From: Alphaproteobacteria bacterium
GTDB taxonomy: Bacteria; Pseudomonadota; Alphaproteobacteria; UBA9219
NCBI GenBank assembly: GCA_033763555.1
Contig: JANRKK010000021.1
Coordinates: 4,278-68,277 of the forward strand
Length of the DNA: 64,000 bases
Direction of reading: 5' to 3'
This document shows, piece by piece, positions 1 to 8,907 of the stretch. The position numbers and the translations under genes are program-made. Position 1 is the stretch's first letter, and each line of letters opens with the position of its first letter. The notes under the pieces are model-generated. The model did not search any database. It was given only the letters and a program-made list of their open reading frames with translations, and had not been told where the DNA came from.

Positions 1-719
1 TAGCTGCGCGTCAGGAAGCGTTGCCATTTCCAGTACAGCCTGTCGGCGTCGGGATAGCGCTTGCGTTCTTTTGGCTTGTCGTGGCTGCGCGTTTCATCGA
101 GATAGGAATGACCTTCATCGGCGTGGAAAACGACAGGCGTTTCCAACCCGTACAGATTGATGCCATTCGCCCAGGTGCGGTGCATTTCCTTGTCCACCAT
201 ATGGTTGAAAGGCGGCATGACCGACAGGAATTTTTCCGCGCCCTCGCGCGTGATGACATAGCCCTGTGCGTTGATGTGCGAATAGCCGATGCGCCCCAGG
301 GCAAAGCCGGGCAGCAGCGGACGGCAGATGACAAATGTTTCCTTCTTCTTGAAAGTGCGGTGCAGATCGATGATGTCGAAAGGCGCGGCCAGATTTTCGA
401 TAGCCTGCAGCACGCGCGGGAAGTCAGGCGACAGGGCCGCATCATCTTCGATGATCACGCCCATGCGTTCGCCGCTGTCGCGAATGATCTGCATAGCGCG
501 GCAATGGCTAATGCAGCAGCCGATTTCGTTGTTGGACAGAGGGTAAGGCGTGATGCGCTTGCGCCCTTCATGGTCGACTAGCGCCAGATCGGCTTCGGTC
601 AGTTTTTGCCCGTCCGTGGCTTCCAGAATTTCAAAGGGAACGCCAAGTTCCTGAAAACGCGCCGTCATTTTCTGGCGGCGTTCCGGCGCACGGGCGAGGC
701 TGATCAGAATAACGCGCAT
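1..719 (-). CDS. Glycosyltransferase family 25 (LPS/LOS-type), 3' end beyond window edge
   Basis: Not in the ORF track because it runs off the left edge. Manual reverse translation from the ATG at 719-717 gives MRVILISLARAPERRQKMTARFQELGVPFEILEATDGQKL...ISHCRAM..., typical of GT25 (Lic2B/LgtB-like) enzymes. A 9-bp gap separates it from the upstream GT gene on the same strand. Confidence 0.65.
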   Translation of the reverse strand, partial: MRVILISLARAPERRQKMTARFQELGVPFEILEATDGQKLTEADLALVDHEGRKRITPYPLSNNEIGCCISHCRAMQIIRDSGERMGVIIEDDAALSPDFPRVLQAIENLAAPFDIIDLHRTFKKKETFVICRPLLPGFALGRIGYSHINAQGYVITREGAEKFLSVMPPFNHMVDKEMHRTWANGINLYGLETPVVFHADEGHSYLDETRSHDKPKERKRYPDADRLYWKWQRFLTRS

Positions 720-728
720 GGCTTGTAT

Positions 729-1754
729 CTACCGCCCCGCCAAATTCCGGTAAAGCTGAATCCATTGCTGGGTGACGGCTTCCGGCGTGTAGCTTTTGAT
801 ATAGGCTGCATAGCCTTGCGCCACGAGGCGGCGGCGCAGATCATCATCGCCCAGAATTTTTCGCATGGCTCCGGCAAGGGCGGGCGCATCGTCGATGGGC
901 GTCAGCAATCCATTTTCGCCATCTTCCACATGCGCGGCGGGTCCGGCGCTGCGGCAGGCGACAAAGGGCGTTCCCGCCGCCCAGGCTTCGAGAATGACGG
1001 TGCCGAAGGGTTCATAACGCGACGGCAACACGCAAATATCGGCGGCGCGCAGCAGGGCAGCACGGTCTGTGCGCCAGCCAAGGAAGCGCACGCGGTCGAT
1101 GACACCTAGATCTTTCGCGAGCTTTTCCAGCTCTTTGCGGATAGGGCCTTCGCCAGCAAGCCACGCATAGGCGGCGGGCAGTTCGACAAGCGCTTGCAAC
1201 AACGTATCGAGACCTTTTTTCGGATGCAGGCGCGAAAGCGCCAAAAGCACTTTCGCATCTTTCGGCGTCGCCAGCGCCATGCGGTCGGCAGGCGGCATGG
1301 TGACGATGTCGGGAAATGTGGGAATGAAATAGGCGTTTGCGAACGGCACGTTGTTTTTTACCATGTGCGCGACGATATCTTTCGTCACACCGACAAAATG
1401 CGAACAGCAGCGGAAATGTCTTGGATTGTAATAGCCACCGAACCAGCCGATGACAGGTTTTTTTGATCGCGGCGTCAGGCTTGCGGCGCGGCGCATCCAG
1501 CAATGAGTGACATCGGGTTTTTCGCGGGCCACCAGTCGGTGCATCAGAAATTTCTGCAGCGGCCGAAGCGGAATATCCAAAACCCAGGGCGCGAGGCGTA
1601 ATCCGCCCCGTTTCAATTCTTCGTAGCGCGGCGCCTTGCGCGACATGACGATGCATTGATCGACACCCGCCTTGTGCAGGCTGACCATGACATCGGTCGC
1701 GTAAGTTTCGGCGCCGCCCAGGCCACGGCCCGCCATAATGTGAAGAATACGCAT
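729..1754 (-). CDS. Glycosyltransferase family 1 (GT4-like, LPS core type)
   Basis: 341-aa ORF with the C-terminal GT1 signature (…RFLGWRTDRAALLRAADICVLPSRYEPFGTVILEAWAAGTPFVA…, E-X7-E region). Confidence 0.8.
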   Translation of the reverse strand: MRILHIMAGRGLGGAETYATDVMVSLHKAGVDQCIVMSRKAPRYEELKRGGLRLAPWVLDIPLRPLQKFLMHRLVAREKPDVTHCWMRRAASLTPRSKKPVIGWFGGYYNPRHFRCCSHFVGVTKDIVAHMVKNNVPFANAYFIPTFPDIVTMPPADRMALATPKDAKVLLALSRLHPKKGLDTLLQALVELPAAYAWLAGEGPIRKELEKLAKDLGVIDRVRFLGWRTDRAALLRAADICVLPSRYEPFGTVILEAWAAGTPFVACRSAGPAAHVEDGENGLLTPIDDAPALAGAMRKILGDDDLRRRLVAQGYAAYIKSYTPEAVTQQWIQLYRNLAGR

Positions 1755-1787
1755 GGGAAAACAGGTACCCCCGACAGGGGGTCGCTG

Positions 1788-4235
1788 TCACCTGTCTTCT
1801 GATTGACCCGTGAGGCCCTTGTTAAGCTTCTTGGCGGATTCTTCCAGCATGGCGGAAACATCATCCGGCAGCTTGGTGGCAAGAATATCCGTTGCATCCT
1901 CGCTGGCGCTGCGCGGCATGACCGTGCCCAGATCCGCTTCGGTGGCACTCAGGCTGCTGGTTGGTGCTTTGCCCGAGGATGAAGCAGCATAATCCGTTTC
2001 GGTGATGGCGAACTGGTCGCCTTCCAGCAGCGGCGGCAGATGCGCCCGCAGGCTGGCTTTTTCGGCGGGTGATATTTCAGGAATATTGGCCGGGATAACC
2101 CGCGCCTCAACAATGCCGCCATTTTCCGGTTTGGCATGCGCCGCGCTTTTACCGTTGGATGGTGCGGCCACGGGTGGTGTTTTCGCCGCGGGTTTTTCTG
2201 TGCCCGCGTCTTCGGCAGGTTTCGCCGCTGTTCCAGCCAGGCTCGCCAGCGCCATAATCCCGGTTTCGACAGGGCTACGCTTGACGGCATTGGCAACGGC
2301 AATGCCCTTGGCCATGGCCGCAAGTTCTGGCGTGGCGGTGACCGCCGCGCCTGCTCCCGCCGCCGTCCATTCAGGGTCTTTCAACCGCGCATTTAACTCA
2401 TTCATCGCGCGTTCGCGCGCGGCGGTGGAGGAGGTTGTGCCCGGCACAGGCAGAAGACGATGAACGCGCAAAGCCTTTACGCGCTCCGGCACGGCGTGGA
2501 ACATACGCGCCTGCACGGCCCAATCGCCGAACAGAAGATGCGCCTCCCCTTCGCGCTGGCCGCGCAAATGGTCATAATCGACACGCTGACGGTTTTGGTA
2601 GGACGCGCCGCGTTCGTCATAGAACGGCATGTTCATAAACAGGCTCGAAACCGTATTGGTCGGCGCGGTCATGCCCTTGGTTTCCATGACCCAGGATGTA
2701 CCGCCATGGCGCTGGACGAATTCCTTGGTATCGGTCGGGTCTTCGATACGGCCCAGAATTTTCAAGTTACAGTTACCGACAATGGATTTGGCTTCCTGTT
2801 TCACGCGTTTTTCCATCGACGGCAAATCTTGCGACGCGAAAACCAGCGAGAAGCCGAGTGAACGGGCCTGCGCTGCCATCACGGCCATACCCTGCGCGGT
2901 ATAGTAACCGACTTCGTCGAACACGGTCATGAAAGACGATGCGGAATGGGTTTGCTTGCTGCCGATGGCGCTTTCCCACGAGCCTTCGACTGTGTTGCCG
3001 AGCGTGGCGCCCATCATTCCCTTCAGCGACGCGGCGACGATTTTTCCGAGGTTCGCGGCTTCGTCGCCGGATTTTTCCAGCGCCGGGATCAGCACGACGA
3101 CAATGCGGCGGTTCAACACGATGTCGAGAACATCGATATCGGCTAACTGCGCCTTGAAGATGTAACCGTATTCGTCGGCGAGCGATTGCAGCGAGCGCGT
3201 AAACTGCATCGAGAGATAGCCGTGCTGCTGCCGTGCGACTTGCAAATCGTACATCGGCTGGTCGGGCGAGGGCGGGCGTTCATTGCCTTCATCGTCGAAC
3301 GCTGCATCGACGAAACCTGGCAGCGTGTTGAGATAGCCTTGCAGGCCGTGAACAATACGTTCGGGCAGGTTAGGATCGCGCGACAGACGGATGATTGGCT
3401 GCAATTCAATATAATCGCGGACAACGCCGACATCCAGCAGCAGGCCCTGCTTGTCGCGCTTGAAGGTAAGCGCAGGCATCAAGGCGAACATCAACGCGAC
3501 GGCACGCTCTTTCCACATCGCGTTATCGCCGCCCGCATCAGGCATGAAGCTGGTGATCATGTTGGCGAGGTAGGAGGCGGAGCCGTTCGAGAATGGGTTC
3601 ATGGTATTCGAGGTCGCGCCGTCGTCAGCGTTACCCGTCATGTAGTTCAGGACGAAAATATCGTCGTCGCGGCCAAAACGTCGCGCCATGGCATACAGCG
3701 ATGCCCATAAATCCGTATCGGCTTTACCGTCGGTGTAGGAGAAACCGGAACCCCAGGCGAGGGCGTTGGCCACCATGGATTTCAGCCCTTCGGTTTTACC
3801 CGACCCGGTGGTGCCGAGATAAAGAATGTGCGTGCGCGCATCGGTGTTGGTCAGCCATAATTCCCGCCCGAAATTATCATCGGCGGCGTCGGACACATTC
3901 CCAATGAAAAGAATTCCATCAGATTTGCCGCCTTTTGAACGGCCGGGCGGAGGATTATTTGGGTCGGCCATGTTGGCGTAACGCGGGAGCTTGAAGGGTA
4001 GGACGATTGGGCGCTTAATGCCCCAGCGGAAATACAAGCAGAGGAAAAGGAAGATCAGATCCGCATACCCGCCAATGGAAGCTGAAGCCAGGATGAAGGT
4101 TGCGCTCATGCCAAAAGCGCTCATGGCGATAAAATCCGGTTTCCCGATCATTTCCATGAAAATGACGGAAACCGGGCGCACATCGCGCAACATGGTGCGC
4201 TGGGCTACGGTGTGTTTTGAAAGAAGAATAGGCAT
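1788..4235 (-). CDS. Type IV coupling protein (T4CP; VirD4/TraG/DotL-like) family ATPase, orphan
   Basis: 815 aa. Two N-terminal TM helices, Walker A LGTTGSGKTE, Walker B-like TVFDEVGYY followed by ARSLGFSLVFASQ, as in TrwB/VirD4/DotL-type coupling proteins. C-terminal ~190 aa is an Ala/Pro/Glu-rich low-complexity tail. No other T4SS genes visible nearby. Confidence 0.55.
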   Translation of the reverse strand: MPILLSKHTVAQRTMLRDVRPVSVIFMEMIGKPDFIAMSAFGMSATFILASASIGGYADLIFLFLCLYFRWGIKRPIVLPFKLPRYANMADPNNPPPGRSKGGKSDGILFIGNVSDAADDNFGRELWLTNTDARTHILYLGTTGSGKTEGLKSMVANALAWGSGFSYTDGKADTDLWASLYAMARRFGRDDDIFVLNYMTGNADDGATSNTMNPFSNGSASYLANMITSFMPDAGGDNAMWKERAVALMFALMPALTFKRDKQGLLLDVGVVRDYIELQPIIRLSRDPNLPERIVHGLQGYLNTLPGFVDAAFDDEGNERPPSPDQPMYDLQVARQQHGYLSMQFTRSLQSLADEYGYIFKAQLADIDVLDIVLNRRIVVVLIPALEKSGDEAANLGKIVAASLKGMMGATLGNTVEGSWESAIGSKQTHSASSFMTVFDEVGYYTAQGMAVMAAQARSLGFSLVFASQDLPSMEKRVKQEAKSIVGNCNLKILGRIEDPTDTKEFVQRHGGTSWVMETKGMTAPTNTVSSLFMNMPFYDERGASYQNRQRVDYDHLRGQREGEAHLLFGDWAVQARMFHAVPERVKALRVHRLLPVPGTTSSTAARERAMNELNARLKDPEWTAAGAGAAVTATPELAAMAKGIAVANAVKRSPVETGIMALASLAGTAAKPAEDAGTEKPAAKTPPVAAPSNGKSAAHAKPENGGIVEARVIPANIPEISPAEKASLRAHLPPLLEGDQFAITETDYAASSSGKAPTSSLSATEADLGTVMPRSASEDATDILATKLPDDVSAMLEESAKKLNKGLTGQSEDR

Positions 4236-4375
4236 TGTTTCTTCGTTCCGGCATCCGCTGGGAAACAGTAGTCTGGAAAGCGCAGTTTAGCGGATTTTTC
4301 TTCAAAAGTCTTTACCGCTATGCGCGCGGCCATGCGCAAAAAGCCTGTTTTTCCGGCCTTCCTGCGCATTTCCGG

Positions 4376-4390
4376 TTAACGGAAAGTTAA
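4376..4390. promoter_or_regulatory. Putative CtrA box (TTAA-N7-TTAA) in the divergent T4CP-like/cckA intergenic region
   Basis: Sequence TTAACGGAAAGTTAA read directly from the window. Perfect match to the two half-sites, about 50 bp upstream of the cckA ORF start. Confidence 0.35.
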
Positions 4391-4440
4391 TAGCGGCAGC
4401 CGTGCGGCTTGCGGTTTCCGGGAATCGGAAATGATGCCAC

Positions 4441-7083
4441 TTGTTTTATCTGTGGCGCGATCTTGTATCATGTTACAAGAATCCGCCCGATGAATTATCT
4501 TCCGCCGTCGCCAGCTTTGTCATGATCATGAATCTTCCCAAAACGGAGCGGATGCCTGAGGCCAGAGGCTTTTCGGCGCAGGTTTCGTTTGGCCGCAAGC
4601 CGGGCGAGGATGTTCCAAAAGCGCTGTGGGGCCTTGTCGTTCTGACCGTGCTGGGCACTGTGGCGGTTATTGTTCCCTATTTGATACCCGGCTTTGCCGG
4701 GGTTGTGGCCAGCCTGCTTGTCGCGCTTCTTCTGTTCGGTGCGGCCTGGGTGACATGGACTCAGGTCAAGCGCCAGCGTGTCGACAGCCAGCAGGAAATT
4801 CTGCTCCGCGAAGCTTTTCACAGTGTGCTGACACCGCAGCTGATCACCGATGAAAATGGCAACGCCGTTCTTGCCAACCGCGCCTTCCGCGGCTGGATTG
4901 ATCTGGGCAAGCAGAATGCCGAACAGGCTCTCGCCACGCGTTTTTCGGCCAGTTCCGCGGTGGCGGCGGAATTCCAGCAGTTGAAATCAACTCTGCAAAA
5001 AGGCCAGCCTGCGATCGCCGAGCTCCCGGTCATTCGCGGCGGCAAGATGGTGGAATGGCGGCGCGTGATTACGCGGCCGATCGAAGGTTTCCCGGATTTC
5101 TACCATTGGCGGTTTGAAGATATCAGCGAGCGCCGCCGCATGGAAAAAGCCATGCGCGACGAGCAGGGCAAGCTGGTCGATTTCATGGCGCATGCGCCTG
5201 TTGGCATTTATTCGGTCGATCAGCATGGCCGTTTCCGCTTCGTCAATCGCACACTGGCCGAATGGCTGCAGGTGACGCCGGAAGAATTGGTAAAAGGCGA
5301 TATCCGCCTGCATGATGTGTTAGGCGATATTCCCAAGGGTCTGGCGGCCCACGCGGTTGATTCCGGCCCGCAAGGCGAATTGCGCGGCGAAGCCGTCATG
5401 CGCCGTCGCGACGGGCAGCTTTTTCCGGTTGCCATCACGCAGACCATCGTCATTGGCGAAGACGGCAAGACGTTGCGCACCCGTTCGGTGGTGCGCGACC
5501 TGTCGCCCGAGCGCGAATGGCAACAGGCTTTGTCGGTTTCTGAATACCGTTTCCAGAGGCTGTTTGCCGAAGCGCCAATCGGCATCGTTCTGCTCGACAG
5601 CCAATATACGGTGATGGAATGCAACCATACCTTCGATGTCATTATTCGCCGTCCGCATGGCGGCATTGTCGGTGCTGCGATGACGGATCTGATCGCATCG
5701 CGTGACCGCGCTGCCACCATGGCCAAGTTGACCGATGTGATGAGTGGCAAGGACCTCAACAAACCGCTGGAAGTCTTCATGGCGGGCGACCGCGACATTA
5801 TCTGCCAGGTTTTTGTCAAACGCTTCGGCCTTGTCACCACGCCGGAAGCGCCTGCCGAACAGCAGGGATTGATGCTTTATTTCATTGACGCCACCGAACC
5901 CAAACGCATGGAAGTGCAGTTCGCCCAGTCGCAGAAGATGCAGGCGGTGGGCCAGCTGGCGGGCGGCGTGGCGCACGACTTCAACAATCTGCTGACCGCC
6001 ATGATCGGTTTCTGCGACTTGCTGTTGCAGCGGCACAAGCCGGGCGATCAGAGTTTCAACGACATCATGCAGATCAAGCAGAATGGCAACCGCGCCGCGA
6101 ATTTGATCCGCCAACTGCTGGCTTTCTCGCGCCAGCAGACCCTGCAACCAAAAATCCTCAACCTCGCGGATGTGCTTTCGGAGTTGACCAATCTTCTCCG
6201 TCGCCTGATCGGCGCGCAAATCCAGCTCAACATGGTGCATGGGCGCGATGTCGGGCTTGTGAAAGTCGATCAGGGTCAGCTGGAACAGGTGATCATCAAC
6301 CTCGTCGTCAACGCGCGCGACGCCATGCCGCAGGGCGGCAGCATTACCATTCGTACCTCTGCCGTGCGCCAGGACAAACCCGTCATGCGCGGGCAGGACG
6401 AGATGCAGCCGGGCGATTATGTCGTCATTCAGGTTACGGATACGGGCGTCGGCATTCCGAAAGAGAATCTCCAGCGGATTTTCGAGCCCTTCTTCTCCAC
6501 CAAGGAAGTCGGCTCAGGCACCGGCCTCGGCCTTTCCACTGTTTACGGTATCGTCCGGCAGACGGGCGGTTATGTCAGCGTCGACAGCCGGGAGAATAAG
6601 GGATCGACTTTCACGGTCTATCTACCGGTTCATCACCAAACCGAAAAGGTCGTTGAGGCACGTGTCGAGGAAACGCGCGAGGACAGGCCCGGCCCCGATC
6701 TCACCGGCGCAGGCACCATTTTGCTGGTGGAGGATGAAGATGCCGTGCGCGTCTTTTCTGCCCGCGCCTTGCGCAACAAAGGCTACAACGTGCTGGAAGC
6801 ACGCAGCGGCGAAGAGGCGCTGATGGTTCTGGAAAAAGAAGGCGGCGCGAATATCGATCTGACCGTCACGGACGTTGTCATGCCGCAGATGGACGGCCCG
6901 ACCCTCTACAAACACATCCGTGAAAAATGGCCGGATATGAAGGTAGTCTTCGTTTCGGGCTACACCGAAGACCGGCTGCGTGAGCAGTTTACCTCCGGCG
7001 AAACCATCTATTTCCTGCCCAAGCCCTTCACGCTCAAGCAGTTAGCCGGCAAGGTCAAAGACGTACTGGCGGAAGAAAGTTAA
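4441..7083 (+). CDS. cckA: Cell-cycle hybrid sensor histidine kinase CckA
   Basis: 880 aa. Two N-terminal TM helices, PAS repeats, HisKA motif GGVAHDFNNLLTAMIGFCDLL (CckA-characteristic), HATPase_c G-boxes (DTGVGIP, GTGLGLS), C-terminal receiver (ILLVEDEDAVR…). True start may be an internal Met. Confidence 0.8.
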   Translation: MFYLWRDLVSCYKNPPDELSSAVASFVMIMNLPKTERMPEARGFSAQVSFGRKPGEDVPKALWGLVVLTVLGTVAVIVPYLIPGFAGVVASLLVALLLFGAAWVTWTQVKRQRVDSQQEILLREAFHSVLTPQLITDENGNAVLANRAFRGWIDLGKQNAEQALATRFSASSAVAAEFQQLKSTLQKGQPAIAELPVIRGGKMVEWRRVITRPIEGFPDFYHWRFEDISERRRMEKAMRDEQGKLVDFMAHAPVGIYSVDQHGRFRFVNRTLAEWLQVTPEELVKGDIRLHDVLGDIPKGLAAHAVDSGPQGELRGEAVMRRRDGQLFPVAITQTIVIGEDGKTLRTRSVVRDLSPEREWQQALSVSEYRFQRLFAEAPIGIVLLDSQYTVMECNHTFDVIIRRPHGGIVGAAMTDLIASRDRAATMAKLTDVMSGKDLNKPLEVFMAGDRDIICQVFVKRFGLVTTPEAPAEQQGLMLYFIDATEPKRMEVQFAQSQKMQAVGQLAGGVAHDFNNLLTAMIGFCDLLLQRHKPGDQSFNDIMQIKQNGNRAANLIRQLLAFSRQQTLQPKILNLADVLSELTNLLRRLIGAQIQLNMVHGRDVGLVKVDQGQLEQVIINLVVNARDAMPQGGSITIRTSAVRQDKPVMRGQDEMQPGDYVVIQVTDTGVGIPKENLQRIFEPFFSTKEVGSGTGLGLSTVYGIVRQTGGYVSVDSRENKGSTFTVYLPVHHQTEKVVEARVEETREDRPGPDLTGAGTILLVEDEDAVRVFSARALRNKGYNVLEARSGEEALMVLEKEGGANIDLTVTDVVMPQMDGPTLYKHIREKWPDMKVVFVSGYTEDRLREQFTSGETIYFLPKPFTLKQLAGKVKDVLAEES

Positions 7084-7152
7084 ACGCAGGCGTAGAAGTT
7101 GCATTAAAGCGCTCGACGCAGGTATGGTCGCGGTATCGAGGAGGACATATTT

Positions 7153-7713
7153 ATGCCGCGTATTTTTGATTACAGCTTGGGCAACGGAGAGGGGGTGCAA
7201 ACGATTTTGCTGCCAGAACCTCGTTACGGAAGGCATGAGATAACGCCGCAAGAAAAACTGAATCTCGACCATATTGCCGATTCCATTCAAGCCGTATCCT
7301 TCGAGGCAGGTTCTTTTAAATATAAAATTTCTCCCCAGTTTTTGACGTGGGGCCAGCCAGCCCCGCAGGATTGGACGCGCGCGATGGATGCGGCGCATGA
7401 GCAACTTTCTTCGAACATGACGGGTGCCTGGTTGTGGCATGAAGAACGGCCAAAAGGAGCATCCCGCATCGACACCTGGATTTACATTGAACGCACGAGC
7501 GACCAGGAAGTGGCCGCACAAAATTTATCGGGGATTTTTAAATATCAGCCGGACTCAATAGAAGCGACGGTTGCAATTGCCGTATGGAGAGGGGCTTTGC
7601 CTTTTTCGGCCATATCAAATGGCCGCACGGATATTCCATCGGATTTTTATGAATATCTGCGGGGAAAGCGGGAAAATTACCGAGCCCCCTATATTGCTTC
7701 ACTTGGTGCTTAA
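7153..7713 (+). CDS. Hypothetical protein (AT-rich gene)
   Basis: 186-aa ORF with no recognisable motif. Locally AT-richer than flanking genes by eye. Confidence 0.35.
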   Translation: MPRIFDYSLGNGEGVQTILLPEPRYGRHEITPQEKLNLDHIADSIQAVSFEAGSFKYKISPQFLTWGQPAPQDWTRAMDAAHEQLSSNMTGAWLWHEERPKGASRIDTWIYIERTSDQEVAAQNLSGIFKYQPDSIEATVAIAVWRGALPFSAISNGRTDIPSDFYEYLRGKRENYRAPYIASLGA

Positions 7714-7765
7714 AAATAGGCTACATTTACCATCCGTAGAATTGTTGAGTTATGTGAGCGTCTGA

Positions 7766-8761
7766 ATGAGTGCGGCCAAACAAGCTTCCAAGCCTGCTGC
7801 TATGAATGACCAAGCGCTTCTGGCTTCGGCGCGGCATGTGCTGATCGCCGAAAGCGCGGCGCTGACCGCGCTGGCGGGCGAGCTTGGCGCGAATTTCATC
7901 AAGGCCGTGAAAATCCTTGTGGCCTGCAAGGGCCGCACGGTCGTAACCGGAATGGGCAAAAGCGGCCATATCGCGCGTAAAATCGCAGCGACCCTGGCCT
8001 CCACAGGCACGCCCGCTTTGTTTGTCCATCCAGGCGAAGCGAGCCACGGCGATCTCGGCATGATCGTGCCGGAGGATGTGGTGATTGCCCTTTCCAATTC
8101 CGGCGAGACGGCGGAGATGACCGACCTTGTCGCCTATACCCGTCGTTTTTCCATTCCGCTGATCGCCGTCACAGGCCGCGCACAAAGCTCGCTCGGCGGC
8201 GCGGCGGATGTGGCCTTGGTGCTGCCGCAAGTGGCGGAAGTGTGCCCGATGGGCCTCGCGCCCACGACCTCGACGACTATGATGCTCGCGCTCGGCGATG
8301 CGTTGGCGGTAACGGTCCTCGAAAGCAAGGGTTTCACGGCCGAGGATTTCCGCAATTTCCATCCCGGCGGCAAGCTGGGCAAAATCCTGCTGCGCGTGCG
8401 CGAGATCATGCATGGCGGCGATGAATTGCCGTTGGTGAAGGAAAGCGACGCCATGTCGCATGTGCTGGTGGTCATGACAGAAAAACGTTTTGGTTGCGCC
8501 GGGATTGTCGATGGCAGCGGCGCGCTGATCGGCCTGATTACCGACGGCGATTTACGTCGCCATATGGAAGGCAATCTGCTGCAGAAAAAAGCGGGTGAGG
8601 TTATGACCCGCAACCCCAGCGTGATGACGCCGGAAACCCTGGCCGCTGAAGCCCTGCGCATTCTGAATGAAAAGAAACGCACCAATGTTTTTGTCGTGGA
8701 AGATGGCAAGCCCGTTGGCATTCTGCATATCCACGATCTCCTCCGCGCCGGGATTGCGTAA
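7766..8761 (+). CDS. kdsD: Arabinose-5-phosphate isomerase (KdsD/GutQ family; SIS + tandem CBS)
   Basis: 331 aa. SIS motif GMGKSGHIARKIAATLASTGTPALFVHPGEASHGDLGM and C-terminal CBS pair. Confidence 0.85.
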   Translation: MSAAKQASKPAAMNDQALLASARHVLIAESAALTALAGELGANFIKAVKILVACKGRTVVTGMGKSGHIARKIAATLASTGTPALFVHPGEASHGDLGMIVPEDVVIALSNSGETAEMTDLVAYTRRFSIPLIAVTGRAQSSLGGAADVALVLPQVAEVCPMGLAPTTSTTMMLALGDALAVTVLESKGFTAEDFRNFHPGGKLGKILLRVREIMHGGDELPLVKESDAMSHVLVVMTEKRFGCAGIVDGSGALIGLITDGDLRRHMEGNLLQKKAGEVMTRNPSVMTPETLAAEALRILNEKKRTNVFVVEDGKPVGILHIHDLLRAGIA

Positions 8762-8768
8762 AAAGAAA

Positions 8769-8876
8769 ATCGTCATTCCGGGGGGCGCGCAGCGCAAACC
8801 CGGAATCCAGGAAACAGCATCAAAGCCAGCACCATGGATTCCGGATCGTCCCTTCGGGACGTCCGGAATGACGTTT
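8769..8876. repeat. MITE/REP-like nested palindromic element, copy 1 (termini CGTCATTCCGG … CCGGAATGACG)
   Basis: Terminal inverted repeats at 8771-8781 and 8864-8874. Internal inverted pairs CCGGAATCC/GGATTCCGG and CGTCCC-TTC-GGGACG. Sits immediately after the kdsD stop. A related element occurs at 63828-63990. Confidence 0.5.
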
Positions 8877-8907
8877 CTTTCTTTTTAGAATCAGCTATAA
8901 ACCGCTT

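Noticed and set aside
21-581. 186-aa plus-strand ORF at the left edge
   Set aside because: It lies antisense to a convincing GT25 glycosyltransferase reading frame that runs off the window edge, so it is a shadow ORF.
5320-6240. Long antisense ORFs inside cckA, cpaF (20122..21135), proS (56087..56899), mrdA (41185..42117) and others
   Set aside because: High-GC antisense shadow ORFs. The sense strands encode clear family members.
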